Assembly: GCA_030770535.1 (NCBI GenBank)
Contig: JASVEC010000011.1
Location: forward strand, 248,001 to 312,000
Reading direction: 5' to 3'
Source of the DNA: Batkoa obscura
Taxonomy: Eukaryota
Length of the DNA stretch: 64,000 nt
Shown: positions 12,087 through 25,497 of the stretch, piece after piece
How the letters are laid out: the number at the start of each line of letters is the position of its first letter
Position numbering within the stretch: position 1 is the stretch's first letter
Notes under the pieces: model-generated
Databases searched by the model: none
What the model saw: the letters and a program-made list of their open reading frames with translations, nothing else
What the model was told of the DNA's origin: nothing
Translations under genes and position numbers: made by a program

Positions 12087-12710
12087 TTATTCAATCTTTC
12101 CTTTGACCGCATCAAAAAACTTTAAAATGCCTGGTGTATTTTGGAACCCAATAAAACTATCCACTGTTTCTCCTTTATTAAAAGCAACTACTGTTGGTAC
12201 TGAAGATACCTTAAATTAATTAATAAATGCTTCATCTAATTCTATTTAAAAAAACAAAATAATTACTTTATATTCAACAGCAGCCTCTGAAACTTGATCA
12301 ATATTAACTTTAACCAATTGGAATTTATTATATTGGGTAATAGCTTCTTCTAATTTTGGTGTAAGTAATTTACATGGTCCACACCAACTAATGAAATTAA
12401 AATTAAAATTTATTGAATGCATTACTTTTTTTAAAATCGATATAATCCTTACGAAGCATAAAAATCAACGATGACTGGTTTATCCGATGTCTTTAAGATT
12501 TCTTTAAAACTTTTATAGTCATTAGCTTTGAGAATTAAACTTTTAACTTCTTCTCTGCTACGTATACTTTGATGAAAGTAATGTTGAGTGATTTTACTAA
12601 CATTGAATGAAATTGGTTTTAAATGGGAAACTAATATAATAAATAGATTATATTAAGGGATTCTATGATAATAATTATTTGTTTTACTTACCTTTATTTA
12701 ATCCTAACAT
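12087..12710 (-). CDS. Thioredoxin, probably mitochondrial (4 exons; missed by the ORF track)
   Basis: Spliced translation MLGLNK|VSHLKPISF...SDKPVIVDFYAS|WCGPCKLLTPKLEE...VKVNIDQVSEAAVEYK|VSSVPTVVAFNKGETVDSFIG...KIE*. Canonical WCGPC site, cis-Pro loop, and an N-terminal extension resembling a presequence. Confidence 0.92.
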
Positions 12711-13222
12711 TTTTTTTCAAGTTAATTATATTTTAAAAATTAGAAAAGAATAATTTAATTTTTAAATCAGTTTCATTTTACACTTATTTTAAAATTTTGT
12801 TTTAGGTAATGAAGTTGAAAATGAGAGTGTACTTTCCTTTTAACTATTTGCTCACTTTTTAAGCATAAGATAAATAATTTTTACTCAATAATTTCTTAAA
12901 CAAAAAACATACCCAACTCTTCTTATTACTAATATGTAACAAAATTCCAAAAACAAATCAAGTTTATCATCAATGATATTGTTCATACATCCAAATAACT
13001 CACTTTGAATAAGGTACAACAACTTATTTAAGCAAAAATCGGATTACTAATATCAATTCTCACGGAAATAGGTGTAACTTTAATTCTTTTCTGACCATTC
13101 TAGATTACCCAAAAAAATGCAATCAGTTGATTCTCAACTTTAAAATATTCGCAGTTCTCAACAGTCACAATAAAAAGCGTCCCCACATTAAAAAAAATTC
13201 TTTTTATACTTGTATTATTACA

Positions 13223-14750
13223 ATGGCTTCTCAAGATAATAATTTAGATAAAGACTTGGAAGAATTTAGAAATAAATGGTTACAGGAAGTGAAATCAAAG
13301 AAGCAACATAGTGAGGATCCTAATAGAGGCGAAGGCAATGTGGGTCAAGTTGGTAGTTCTAAGATGTTAAACGAGGGGATCAAAAAAGGGGAAGGTAGTT
13401 ACTATAGTGAAACAAATAACTTAAAACAAGGTAGTGAGGAAGAATTGACAGATGGTGATTTACTAAAAGATTGGACAAAGTTAAGTGTTACAGAAAGGCA
13501 TGGATTAGGTTTAAAAGTGTATAAAGAAGCGATTATTATGGAGAAACAAGGGAAGCTTGGGGAGGGTAAAGATAATATTTATATTTAAAAAACACCATTA
13601 ATTAATCAAATAAGCGTTGAATTATTATAGAAAAGCGTTTAAGATTGATCCAGATGTTGATTTGAGCTACAAAACCTATTACCAAAATTTAAGTACTAAA
13701 GAGAAAGAACAGATGGATGGTAATCAAATTGCTCCTTTTAGTGGTGCCACTGAAGACTTTGAGTTTATTAAGAAGATCCATATGACTTCAGATTATGTGT
13801 CTAGTACACAGATGACGAAAGAAGATAGTAAAAGCAAAATTGATTGGAAGAAACTGGATCCAATGTATCATGAGATTAAAAACATTTTAAAAAATGCAAA
13901 GAAAAAAGAAGGGGTAGAAGGGTTAGTTGAAAATACTGACAAGTTAACCTTAACTCAGGGAAAGCAAGAAAATAAAGATAATGAGCATCGACCAATTTTA
14001 TTTAAACCTGCAGATCCTACCATAGAGCATTGCTTAGATACACTACCAGATCCTATTTTAACGAAAATATTAGGCATGGCTATGAGTAAAGATTTACATA
14101 GTATAGGAAGCTTCTCATCAACCTGTATTAAAGGCTTATTCCTAAGCCGAGACAAGTATCTCTGGTATGAATACGGTAAAAAACTCTACAATCCAAACAC
14201 TCAATTATACAATGATTTTATAAAGAATGAGCTAATACCGGTGGAGCAATATGTTCAACAACACTTTAAAAATCAATGGCGTTTCTTTTTAATTGAATAT
14301 CCAAGAATACGATTTGATGGTATCTATATTTCTACTTGTTATTATATAAGACAAGGGATATCAGAATCTAGTTTTAATCGTCCAATTCATATGGTTACTT
14401 ATTATAGATACCTTAGGTTCTTTCCAGATGGTACTTGTATCAAGAGATTAACTACAGATGAACCCGGCCAGGTGGTACCAAATATGAAGAAGGAATCTTG
14501 TTATGAGGATTTATTCTATGGAAATTTTCAGTTAACAAAACAAGGAATAGATGCTCAGGTCACTGGTAGGCATCGTCCTAATATGGAGTTTATGCTTAAT
14601 TTGGAACTGAAATCAACATCTCGTGGCAAACATAATAAGTTAAATTGGATCGAATATTCCTCCTTGTTTTATTCGGATTTGACTACTTATTCATTGAAAC
14701 AGTTTAAGCCCTTTTATTTTTCAAAGGTCAGGTCGTATCCTTCTACTTGA
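13223..14750 (+). CDS. HRT3: F-box protein of the HRT3/FBXO9 family (2 exons)
   Basis: LEEFRNKWLQEV; YKEAIIMEKQGKLGE|ALNYYRKAFKID; F-box LDTLPDPILTKIL; PRIRFDGIYISTCYYIRQG; HMVTYYRYLRFFPDG; PFYFSKVRSY. Intron 13566-13614. Confidence 0.9.
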
Positions 14751-15683
14751 TTATCAATCTGAGCTCAATAATCGAGTTATTTAAAACAAACGATATTAAT
14801 GATTATAATATTTCTGATAAAAAAGACAATATAAAGGAAGTTGTAGTAATAAAAGAACGATTATATAATGAAGTTAGAATTCAAAGTATTTAATTAAATA
14901 TGAAAATAATAAAACTACTCAACTATTTGAAAGTTTATACTGAACTATGGCTGCATACTTTTGTTAAGCTATAGTTGTAGACAAATTAGTTAATTCAAGT
15001 TTCGAGTATTGTTCTTTTTTAATTAGCCTGTTTGGAGTTTTAAATTGAAACAGTATACTATATAATTTTACAAATAAGCTGTTTATACTATTTTGTTATT
15101 TTGGTATTCAATTTAATTAAAGAATAGATATTAATAGTAAAATTACTAACATTTATATTATAGCAGTGTTTAAAATAAAAAATTTAGGATAGAGTTTTTA
15201 AAATTAATATTCGAAGTTCATGGTTAAATAGTATAATAATAGTAACTATCTAATAGTAAATATCTAGGATCATAAACTAAACTTAACTGTTTCATAAATG
15301 ATGAATATTACAAATTAGAAGCATTACATTTACCTAACAACAATAATAATAATAGAGACCAGATTCTAAATATTGTAAGATAATAATCAGAATAATCTTA
15401 ATAATGATTTCCATTTAGCCAAAATGACAATTTTGAAAATAAAAAAAACGAATGATACTTTAATAGTAAACTGCATTCATAACAGCCTAGTTAATAAAAC
15501 AAGTCAAAAATACTATAAAACATACTTCAATTACAAAAATACTACAATTTTTTATTATTATATAAGAATATAAGTTATTACAATGCTACTAAGAAAACCA
15601 AGTATGAAAATCAGAATAAAGTTAAAACACCTAAAATTTGCTAAACATAAATAAATATTTTTTCGACCATTCATCCACTTTCT

Positions 15684-17447
15684 TTACAGCTGAGCCCTAC
15701 CATTCGTCTGTCCATTGAATTTATCTGCCAAATATAGATTAAATGTAACCTGAGACGACCAAGAATTAACAGTTTTTAAAATTGCCATCCTTTCCAAAAT
15801 AGTATCAATCTGTTTCTTTATATCTATTGGACCTCTATACAAATGTTTTAACTTGATCAACATGATTAACGTTTTTCCAAGATGTGAAGGTCGGCTGGCA
15901 TGGTAAGGCATTAAACCAAACTCATTCTCAATAGGGGCCACTTGGGAAGCCGCTTCCACCGCTTCCGTAATAAATGGTGAACCTTCACACTCTGCCGTAT
16001 GCCTTGAAGGTAAGCCATCCAAGTCTGGTCTTAGATGAAGTAACAAAGCGGTTATATCTCGAAACACGATACGAAAGCGCATATTTAGAGATAGAATAGC
16101 GCGTTCAAACAAAGGGCTAATCTTGTCTATCTCTTTGTAATATTCTAAAAGCACCTTTTTTAAATCATGCATACTTCGTATAAACCCAAGGAAAAGGGTA
16201 CGGCATTTAAATTGCAACCCTCGTACCTCTTCCAATAACTCTTTGCTTTCAATCGTCTTTACATGGATTCGATGCCGCAATACTCGCATGGCTTGTAATA
16301 TGGTACAATCAATGTAATTACATTTACTTATACTAATCAAAGTTATATCGTAAACTGCTTCTTCAGCTGATTTACTAGACCTTAAAATAAACTTAATCTC
16401 GTGTGGTTTAATTTCATCCCCATAAGTTTCTGCATGATCCATATTCACAATACAAGGCGTATTGTTTCCAGATGCCCAATTAGAATCCAAAAATATTAGG
16501 CCACTATAAAGTAGACGTCGTTCAATTAACTCATGGCGTGAAAATAAAAAATTTGGTGGGTTTTGATGTAATCCTAAAGAATGTAATAGATGAATTGGTA
16601 TACAACAGAGTATTGAAGTGTTAGTAGGCTTTCCTCTATAACCAAGCCTCCAACTAATTGAAATAATGTAAGCTTGTAAGATATCTACTGTAGGGTGAGA
16701 ATAACTTTTGCGTAATTCCAATGTGAACCTGTGTAGTAAAAAGTTTCTTATTTCTTTTATTATAGGTATATGCTGATCAATGGAAAGTCCAGTGACCCAA
16801 ATAGCTAACAGAAGAATTTGGGAACGAGGTTTGCTTCCAAACCCACTACGTGTAAATAACGGAATGATAGGGTTGACATATTCAAAATAGTTATTGACGG
16901 CGTTATTTAATATATTCGATAATCGAAGCTCATCAATAATAGGTAAAAAAGAAACAGCTTGAGGGAGAATAATACGTTGAGCCCAGGGGTTAACTTCATT
17001 CATAACACTAATAAAAGCTTTGCTCCAATGAGTAAGTTTATTTGATAGCAATGGAAAATCAAAAGCAACAATTAAGAAATTTAGAAGGTTTCTATCTGGG
17101 GTACCAAGTGTTAAACGATAAGCCAAATGATGCCAATCATCCTCTTTATTTTGTAATACTATATATGGTATCTTTGAAATTGTTTCTTTGATAATAGAGT
17201 CCATTTTTATTAAAGCATTTTTATTCTTTGTTTTCGGTCCTCTCCTCTTTGAATTTCTGAATACAGTTATACGTTCTGCAAGGTAAGGTTTATCTGTAAG
17301 ATAAGATTCTGTTTTAAGTTTACGTAAGTAGGTACATGCGTCTTCCCTACGGATACAGTTGGTACAACTGGGCAATGTCTTGCTGCATCTTACTCTTCTT
17401 TTGTTACATTGATCACAACTTTGTAAAGCTAATTTCTGCTCTGACAT
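15684..17447 (-). CDS. Zn(II)2Cys6 fungal transcription factor with middle homology region (intronless, 587 aa)
   Basis: SCDQCNKRRVRCSKTLPSCTNCIRREDACTY binuclear cluster; YFEYVNPIIPLF and LGLH...ERRLLY fungal TF-domain motifs. Confidence 0.92.
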   Translation of the reverse strand: MSEQKLALQSCDQCNKRRVRCSKTLPSCTNCIRREDACTYLRKLKTESYLTDKPYLAERITVFRNSKRRGPKTKNKNALIKMDSIIKETISKIPYIVLQNKEDDWHHLAYRLTLGTPDRNLLNFLIVAFDFPLLSNKLTHWSKAFISVMNEVNPWAQRIILPQAVSFLPIIDELRLSNILNNAVNNYFEYVNPIIPLFTRSGFGSKPRSQILLLAIWVTGLSIDQHIPIIKEIRNFLLHRFTLELRKSYSHPTVDILQAYIISISWRLGYRGKPTNTSILCCIPIHLLHSLGLHQNPPNFLFSRHELIERRLLYSGLIFLDSNWASGNNTPCIVNMDHAETYGDEIKPHEIKFILRSSKSAEEAVYDITLISISKCNYIDCTILQAMRVLRHRIHVKTIESKELLEEVRGLQFKCRTLFLGFIRSMHDLKKVLLEYYKEIDKISPLFERAILSLNMRFRIVFRDITALLLHLRPDLDGLPSRHTAECEGSPFITEAVEAASQVAPIENEFGLMPYHASRPSHLGKTLIMLIKLKHLYRGPIDIKKQIDTILERMAILKTVNSWSSQVTFNLYLADKFNGQTNGRAQL

Positions 17448-18245
17448 TATACATCAGACTAAATCAATAGTTAAAAAAGGAAGAAAGGTAATTTATTAAT
17501 AAAAGACGAATTTTGAAAAGCCAGTTTACTTTTAAGCTTTTAGCGCATTAATTTTTTCATATTAATAGATACATAATCAAATGAAATGTCATTAAAGAGA
17601 TATCACTTTATGCCTTAGTTAAGATGTCATTGGTGGATAAGGATGTATACTTATTTTTATTGGATAGTACTGAAATGGGTTTTACTTTGTATGCTGTATA
17701 ATACATTGCTAATGTCAAGTGGAACCATGAACTTGAAATATTTGAAAAATCCCTAAGGTTGTTTAAAAAAATAAATTATTCTTAACTTTATATAAATTTT
17801 ATTTAAAAATTTAATTAAAAAGTGAGCACAAAAAATAAAAAAATAAAAACTCCATTAAGCCTAAATCGTATAGATAAGATTAAAGTGAAATACAGGTTAT
17901 TTACTAATAATGATATAAATAGAAACTTGGTAGGTAGTATTCCTTTTTTAACAATTAAACTACTATATTTATATGTAAAGTCATTTATTATGATAAAGTA
18001 TAATTACAATACCATTTTATTAGCTATCTAATAGTAAATCAACTGATAATTTTTTGTTTGGCTTTTGAAAATTATTTGCATTAAAATTAAATTGTGAAAA
18101 AATTTGATGCCTTCAAAAATAGATTTCGTAATTTAATTAAACTTTGTTTATGATTTTCAGGAAATTTAATTTACTGATAAAAATAATAAATGTACAAAGT
18201 TTTTAATAAAAATTAAAAATCATGTCGTTTGATTAATTGTATAGT

Positions 18246-19127
18246 ATGTTTTATAAAAAATCACCTACCTTAGTATTGAAAGAGTTAGCTGACTCGGTAG
18301 AAATACAAAGGAACAAAGAGAAGGAGTTAAGAGACAAACCCTCTTCAAACATAAGAGAACAGCTGTTAATTAAAAACACAACACCAAAAATCCACACGTT
18401 ATTAGAAAGGAGGTCCATATCTAAAGAATTAAGTTTGAACAATAATAATGGAAAAACAAACTCAAATTCAATGAGCTCTTCAAACCCTCGAGCAAATCGA
18501 CAGAGTATATCTTGGGCCGATGCGGTATCAGAAACATTTAAAGACAAACGTATGACAACGAATAGTAATCCAGGTGAATCGACTCAAAAGGTTAAACCAA
18601 TATTGAAAACAAATGTTTTGACAAGCCCCTTAAATAAACCACCATTAACCCCAAAAGAAGAATCATCCATCTTTAACAGCCCTCTGTTTTCGCCAATCAA
18701 TCGAAGTTCAGTGGGTAGAAACCCAATGCTCAATAATCAATCCTTCAATACCCCAAGGCGAACGAATTCGGACGATGTTTTAAGGATTGTTAAAGGGGAT
18801 GATGAGACCAGCTTTCAAACCCGTAGGGCCTTAAGATATTCAATGGGTAACTTGGAGATCCCAAAAGAAGCTTATTTAGATAAACCAGTTAGTACCGATT
18901 CTTTAAGTTTAACTTCGCCGGCTTTAATATTCTTTATCTTTGGCTTTATTATACCACCCCTTTGGCTTATTTCGTCAGTATATGCTTTGCCGCCTAATGC
19001 AGACCATAGGAAAAGAAGACCATCTGAGTTGGCGTTAGGGTTTTTGTCTGTTACTATGATCATTGTTACCATGTTTTGTTTAACATTGGCGTTATTTGGG
19101 TATTTAGTTTTAACATGTGTTTTTTAA
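18246..19127 (+). CDS. Hypothetical protein: Ser/Pro-rich N-terminus with two C-terminal TM helices
   Basis: Open frame of about 293 codons from ATG 18246. Hydrophobic segments LIFFIFGFIIPPLWLI and LALGFLSVTMIIVTMFCLTLALFGYLVL. Confidence 0.7.
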   Translation: MFYKKSPTLVLKELADSVEIQRNKEKELRDKPSSNIREQLLIKNTTPKIHTLLERRSISKELSLNNNNGKTNSNSMSSSNPRANRQSISWADAVSETFKDKRMTTNSNPGESTQKVKPILKTNVLTSPLNKPPLTPKEESSIFNSPLFSPINRSSVGRNPMLNNQSFNTPRRTNSDDVLRIVKGDDETSFQTRRALRYSMGNLEIPKEAYLDKPVSTDSLSLTSPALIFFIFGFIIPPLWLISSVYALPPNADHRKRRPSELALGFLSVTMIIVTMFCLTLALFGYLVLTCVF

Positions 19128-20301
19128 TATTAATATTTTTTAAAATAGGTCAAGATGCTGGAAATGGTATTATCCTCAAGATTATTTATATCAGTGCTAG
19201 TTATGGTTAGTTGGATAGATACTGTATTTAAGATAATAAAAATTAAATAAAACTATAAGAGTTTGATTGCTTTCTGGTATAATATCAAATAAAATTATAA
19301 TTATTAATATATATACTGCCTGTATAATTTTAAGTATAATTTAATAACTGTATTGTAACTAAAATAAGCAGTTTATTTATTTAAAAAAGACTGTTTTCCT
19401 TTCAGTGATGTTTTATAAAATAACTTTAAATTTTAATTTTTTGTTATTTAACAAAATTGAATAAATAGGATTATAGCTTTAATCATCATTAATCTTTGGT
19501 TAATAGTTATAGGTGATCATTTCATCCTCAAATTTATAAATATTCAAAGCATTAATCGCGTAAGGACAATCAACAGAGGCACAACAAGTATGAGGATCAA
19601 AGCTATACTTAACAGCCAGCTTGTATAGTGATCCTATACTATATTTAGCTGTGGCGGTTTTTCAAAAAAATAGACAAAGTAGCAATAGTTTCTATTGCAT
19701 ACTTCCAATATACCATTACCCAAGTCAATGAGCTAGGATAAATACACCCTTACATTACTCAACTTGTTCTCATTAAAATCTAAATAAAGCTTTGTTAATA
19801 TCGTCCTATTAATTACAATTAGTATGGGTTTTCAAACTTTTATGAAAGTAAAATAAAATCAGAGATAAATTTAATATCCTTTGCATATTTTCCAATTATT
19901 TTTTTATAATCGAATTCAATAGTTTTTATATACTTTCGACAATATTATTGTTATTTATAGTGGTAAATATTCCTATAAATTTTTTATAGTAAGTATACAA
20001 TAAACACAGTTTGACTTAAACATTACATGATCCTAATTAATGTTAAGATTTTTAGCTTTCATTATATTATTTTTAATCATGATGATGTTTTAAAAGAATA
20101 TGAAAATATATTTTTCATCTCAATATTTTGTTCATTTCTTAAGCATCCTAAATCAAAAATTTTATTATAATATAAAAAAAAACATCCTAGATGATTGTTT
20201 TTGAGTGCTTAGGGATAGTAAAAATCTGTTCCAATCAAAAAAAAGGCTTTAAATATCAATTCAATTTATTTTAATCAACATTCTTTCTGGTTTTTTTAGA
20301 G

Positions 20302-23161
20302 ATGTCAAAAGAAAAGGTAACACATAATAAACACAAATTATAACTAATAATTTTAAAATAGGAAAAAACAGGTATAAATTATAGTAAACTTTCAACTTTG
20401 GATTCTGAAGAACTTCAAAGAGAAAGAAGAGAAAGAGCAGAAAAATGGAAAAAAGAAAAGAAATTAGCTAGAGACAATAAATTGAAAGGAGAACAAGGTT
20501 CAAGCAGTAAACCTTACAAATCTTCTTCTTCAGATAATGATGATGAAGAGGAAAATAGCGCTGGTCCGAAAAACGATCCTGAAAGTAATAGATTTAGTAA
20601 ATTTAATAAAATTAAGGGTCTAATTTTTTTTAGAGAAAGGAAAATCAGGGAAAAAGTCGGAAAGTTCAGACGATGATGAAGATCCTTTAGAATTGTATAT
20701 GCGGAGTATAGAGCAAGAGGCCACAAAATTACAAAAAAAGGATTTTGAAGCCTTAAATGAAAGAAAAAGAAATGAAACTAAAAAATCAATTTTGGCCAAA
20801 ATTGAAAGCGAAGATGAAAGTGAGGACTCAGGGCCAGAAGATATTTTAGCGTAAGTTTTTTTTTTTAATGTGTTACTTATTAATTATTTAGAATGGCTGC
20901 GAAAAAATTCAAAAAAAAGGATGTACCTACTGTTGACCATAGCAAAATCCAATACGAAGAATTTAATAAAAAGTTCTATATAGAACCAAAAGAAATGAGA
21001 GAAATGACTGAAGAAGAGGTAGAAAAATTACGTATTGAGTTAGATCGTATTAAAATTAGGGTATTTAAAATGTTAAATAATAAATAAAGTCTAACACAAT
21101 TTCTAGGGTAAGGGCTGCCCTAAGCCCATAAAACGTTGGACACATTGTGGCTTTCCTTCATCATAGTAATATATTATTTTGATCACTTTAATTCTAACCT
21201 TTATTTTAGCTTAGAAGTTATTCGTAAACAAAATTTTGAAAAGCCTACCCCAATTCAAGCACAAGCAATCCCTGCTATTATGAGCGGCCGTGACGTTATC
21301 GGTGTAGCCAAGACCGGGTCAGGGAAGACATTAGCTTTCTTACTTCCTATGTTTAGGCATATCCGTGATCAAAGGCCTCTAAGAAATGGGGATGGCCCCA
21401 TCGCAATCATTATGACTCCAACACGCGAGTTAGCGACCCAAATTCATAGAGAATGTAAACCTTTTTTGAAAGCATCAAACTTGAAGGCTATCTGTGCTTA
21501 CGGGGGTGCTGGAATGCAAAACCAAATTAATGATATCAAAAGAGGAGCTGAAATTATTGTATGTACACCAGGAAGAATGATTGATCTTTTATGTGCCAAT
21601 TCTGGAAGACTTATTAGCTTAACCCGTGTAACATTTTTAGTACTTGATGAAGCTGACCGTATGTTTGATATGGGCTTTGAACCCCAGATTATGAAAATCA
21701 TAAATAATACAAGAGCAGATCGTCAAACAGTTTTATTTTCAGCTACATTTCCTAAGCAGATGGAAGCTTTAGCACGTAAAACTTTGTCAGAGCCATTGGA
21801 AATTATTGTAGGAGCTAGATCGGTTGTTGCTGGCGATATTCATCAGATTGTTGAGGTTATTGAAGAAAAAGCCAAGTTTACACGACTTTTAGCAATCCTT
21901 GGTGAATTCTATCAAAATGCAAGTAATAGCGATTTCCGAGTACTTATTTTTGTTGATAAACAGGAAGCTGCTGATAACTTACTCAAAGATCTTATTCATA
22001 AGGGGTATCCCTGTTTGTCTTTACATGGTGGAAAGGACCAAGAAGATAGAGATGAGATATTCAACGATTTTAAGTCTGGTGCTGTTCAAATTTTAATTGC
22101 TACATCGATAGCTGCAAGAGGTTTAGATGTAAAAAAATTAGCTGTTGTAGTGAACTACGAATGTCCTAACCATATGGAGGATTATGTGCATAGAGTAGGA
22201 AGAACCGGCCGAGCAGGTAATAAAGGTACAGCTTACACTTTCATTACTCCAGCACAAGATAGATATGCAAACGATATCGTCAAGGCACTTAAAGCTAGTG
22301 AAGCTAAGATACCAAAAGAGTTACAAGCACTTGCTGATGAATTCCAGCTTAAAGTTAATCAAGGAAATGCTCAAATTTCTGGTTCTGGATTCGGGGGTAA
22401 AGGGTTAGATGTGTTGGACAAACAAAGGGATTTATTGAAGTTTGTTCAGAAACAGACTTATAAAAATGAAGGAGATGATTCATCATCAGATGAAGAAGAT
22501 AGCCAAGCATTTAATCGCATCATGGGCGAGAATAACCCACTTGTTAAAAAAGAAAACACTGGAATTTCCGGTGTACCATCAGGCTTACCTGGTATTAATG
22601 CAGCGATGTCTGCGTCTGAACAAGCAGCTGCAATCAGAGCCGCCCAAATCGCTGCTGCTAAGATAAGCGCTACTGTTGTAAGTGCAAATAGAAACAAAGA
22701 GTTGGCTGAAATGAAAGCTAAACTTCGTGGTGACCTTGGGCAGTTCGCTCATATTGGGGAAGGATTGGATCATGCAATGTCAGCAGCGTCACATTTCCAT
22801 CAAGAAATAGAGATTAATGATTTTCCACAAAAAGCGAGATGGAAAGTTACTAACAAGGTAAGCTTTATCAATGGTATATATTCAGTGCTAATATTTTTAG
22901 GAACAAATTACCCAGGTTATTGAGTTGTCTGGTGCCGGGGTTACTGTAAGAGGGGAATACATCCCACATGGGGAAACTTTACCTATTAATACATCACGTC
23001 GTAAGTTACATCTTGTTATTGAATCAGATAATGAAAGAGCAGTTGAACTTGCCGTTAGAGAAATCAAACGTTTGTTACAAGAGTCAACTATTTCAGCATT
23101 TGAGGCAGAAGCCCGTGGCGGTCCTAGTTCCGGATTATCTGGAAGGTACTCTGTACTTTAG
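20302..23161 (+). CDS. PRP5: Pre-mRNA splicing DEAD-box helicase Prp5/DDX46 (7 exons)
   Basis: DEDPLELYM (DPLD-like motif), PTPIQAQAIPAIMSGRD, AKTGSGKT, DEADRMFDMGFEPQ, HRVGRTGRAG, GFGGKGL, and a C-terminal EIEINDFPQKARWKVT KH-like region. Six short GT-AG introns restore the frame. Confidence 0.95.
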
Positions 23162-23443
23162 TTATTATGATTTGAAGATCTTTGAGTCTACTGCTTAAGT
23201 ATAGTAACTATTTATCATATTTAGATAAGAATAAAGAACTATATTGATGCTTACAGCAGGTGTTTACTGTTGAGTTGAGATAAACGTAATGAAAAATCTG
23301 TAATTAAAATTTTTAACTGACTTTTAAGTACTTTTAGTACTCGTAAAAATAAGAGTAGCGCTTAATAGTTAAAATTTGACATTTTGTTGGATATTTATAA
23401 CGTTTGAAAATAAACGAGTTTTAGCTTAGATTGAATTAAAATT

Positions 23444-24732
23444 TTATTCATCTTTGTTTAGGATATTCATAATTTCGCTTCTGGTACTATCGCATTTGTC
23501 TTAATAAACTCTGCAGCCACCTTTGCTAAAAACATAATCAGAAGCATAATTTATATTAGAGAATTATTTACCAGAGTATTCAACATCCTCAAATGGAATA
23601 AGATGGCCACTTTCCTCAAAAAGATGTACTTTACGATTTGGTAGCTTGGATGTAATATCCTCGTATAAATCACCTGGCCTATTTTTTGTTATTAAACATT
23701 TTTATGCTAAAACTTTTAGACTTACAAATAGGAAGCAGGGCCACCACCATGACCGAAAAGTACAGGACATTGGACCTTATTCAAATTAGCAAACATTTTA
23801 GGCTGGAAAAGATGATCATCAACAAATGTTTTCTATTTTTGCTTTTAATTTAGACTTAAATTTAAAAAAAAAACTTTACGTATTCTTGTAATGGGGTACA
23901 TTTAAACCCAACTCTTCCCTCAGGGAGGTCAATAAGACCAAATTCCTAAATGTATCAATTTAATTTTTAATAAGATTTCGGTGTAAATTATCTTTACCAT
24001 AAACAACTCAAATACTTCCTTATCCCATGCTTTATAAAATGCTTTTCGTTCAAAATGCTTCCTTGCTTGTTCTCTAAAATGATAACGATTAAAATCAATC
24101 TCTTATACTTCAATTATTAACCAACCTAGATTCCCAAGTTCCTCTTTTCCTTCTTGTGCCTTCAAAAATATTCAATTGAAATTCAGATACAGGTCTACAA
24201 TACAAAGAGGGCTCATAGGTGACAATGTTAAGGAAAGTTTTGGGCTTGAACATACTTTCTATAGCTAGACTATAAAGGCATTAATATGCTTATAAATTTC
24301 ATTTATAAATTACAGTGAGACAGCACCTATCGAATTCCCAATTCCAATCAACTTTTTAGAATCAAGATGTAAAAATTTTATAACTTCATAATTGTCTAAT
24401 GCATAATTACTCCAAAGAAAAGGACCATCTAAAAGCCCTTTATTTAATTCAGCAGAATCTCCTTGGTTTCGCATATCAACACTGACTATAGTATTAACAT
24501 TTTCGAAATTGGACTGTTTTAAGTACGCCAACAGCTTTCTGAGGAAAGGAACAAATGATTCTTTTGATAAACCATTTGGATGGGCAGCAAAAATATTGTA
24601 ACCATTTTCAAACTGTTTATCATTTGTGTATTTTAATGTTGAAATTTTTATCCCTGGCTTTGGGTCACTGTTTCCAGGAATAGTTAATTTTTCCAACTTA
24701 AATCCTTCGATATTTAACTTTGAGTCTTGCAT
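23444..24732 (-). CDS. Alpha/beta-fold hydrolase, multi-exon
   Basis: HPNGLSKE, VSVDMRNQGDS, nucleophile elbow GNSIG, FYKAWDKEVFE, GHLIPFED (catalytic His). Stop at 23446-23444. Confidence 0.85.
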
Positions 24733-25391
24733 TTAAACTAATATAAATAAACAAAAAATCAAATTTGTCCTAGATGCCTATTTAAATAGGATGGACATCC
24801 TTTCCGGAACACCAAAATGAATTATATTGTCCATATGATTTAAGCCACAACAATTAATTCTCAAATGAATTATTCTTAGATATTGTTTTATTTTTGTCAG
24901 CATGCTTATTCATTATGTAATTTTAATGTTGAGCTGAATTTGCTTTAAATAGCAATTTAAGTTTCAAGTAATGCTGCTTATTCAATATTTTAATATGAAT
25001 CGGATAAATTTGTTAAATATAGTAAAGTCAATATTTTTGACTAGAGTTTTATTTAATCTTATACTAAATATTTCAACTAATTTTTTGTCCCTTTCTGTAT
25101 GAAAAGCACATAGCGATGTCCTGTTCCTTTCAACTCTTTGTTCATTTTTTAAGCTTAAAGTTGAACAAATCGTTAGCGAATGGCTAAATTCAAAATTTGG
25201 TTAAAAATAATTTTTACAATTTGATAGGTCTAAATTTTCAAAATTCGAGCAAGAATGTCATTTGTTTTGGTATTTTGTCCATTTTTTGTCACATAAAATT
25301 CAAAAAAAAGCAATTTAAACACTGAAAAAACGTTCTCATATGTTCTGTTCAAAATTATACAAAAGTGACTACTTTAGTGTTTGTAATAAAT

Positions 25392-25497
25392 ATATGGGGG
25401 CGTTTTTTTGGTTTCATCACTTTTTCCATTTCTAAAACGCTATTTGAGTGGAAAAATTGCCAATAAAATCCTTAAACACAAAAATACATCTCCATAT
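25392..25497 (-). mobile_element. ~107-bp MITE-like element, copy 5 (reverse)
   Basis: ATATGGGGGCGTTTTTTTGGTTTCATCACTTTTTCC...CGCTATTTGAGTGG...AAATACATCTCCATAT. Confidence 0.88.
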
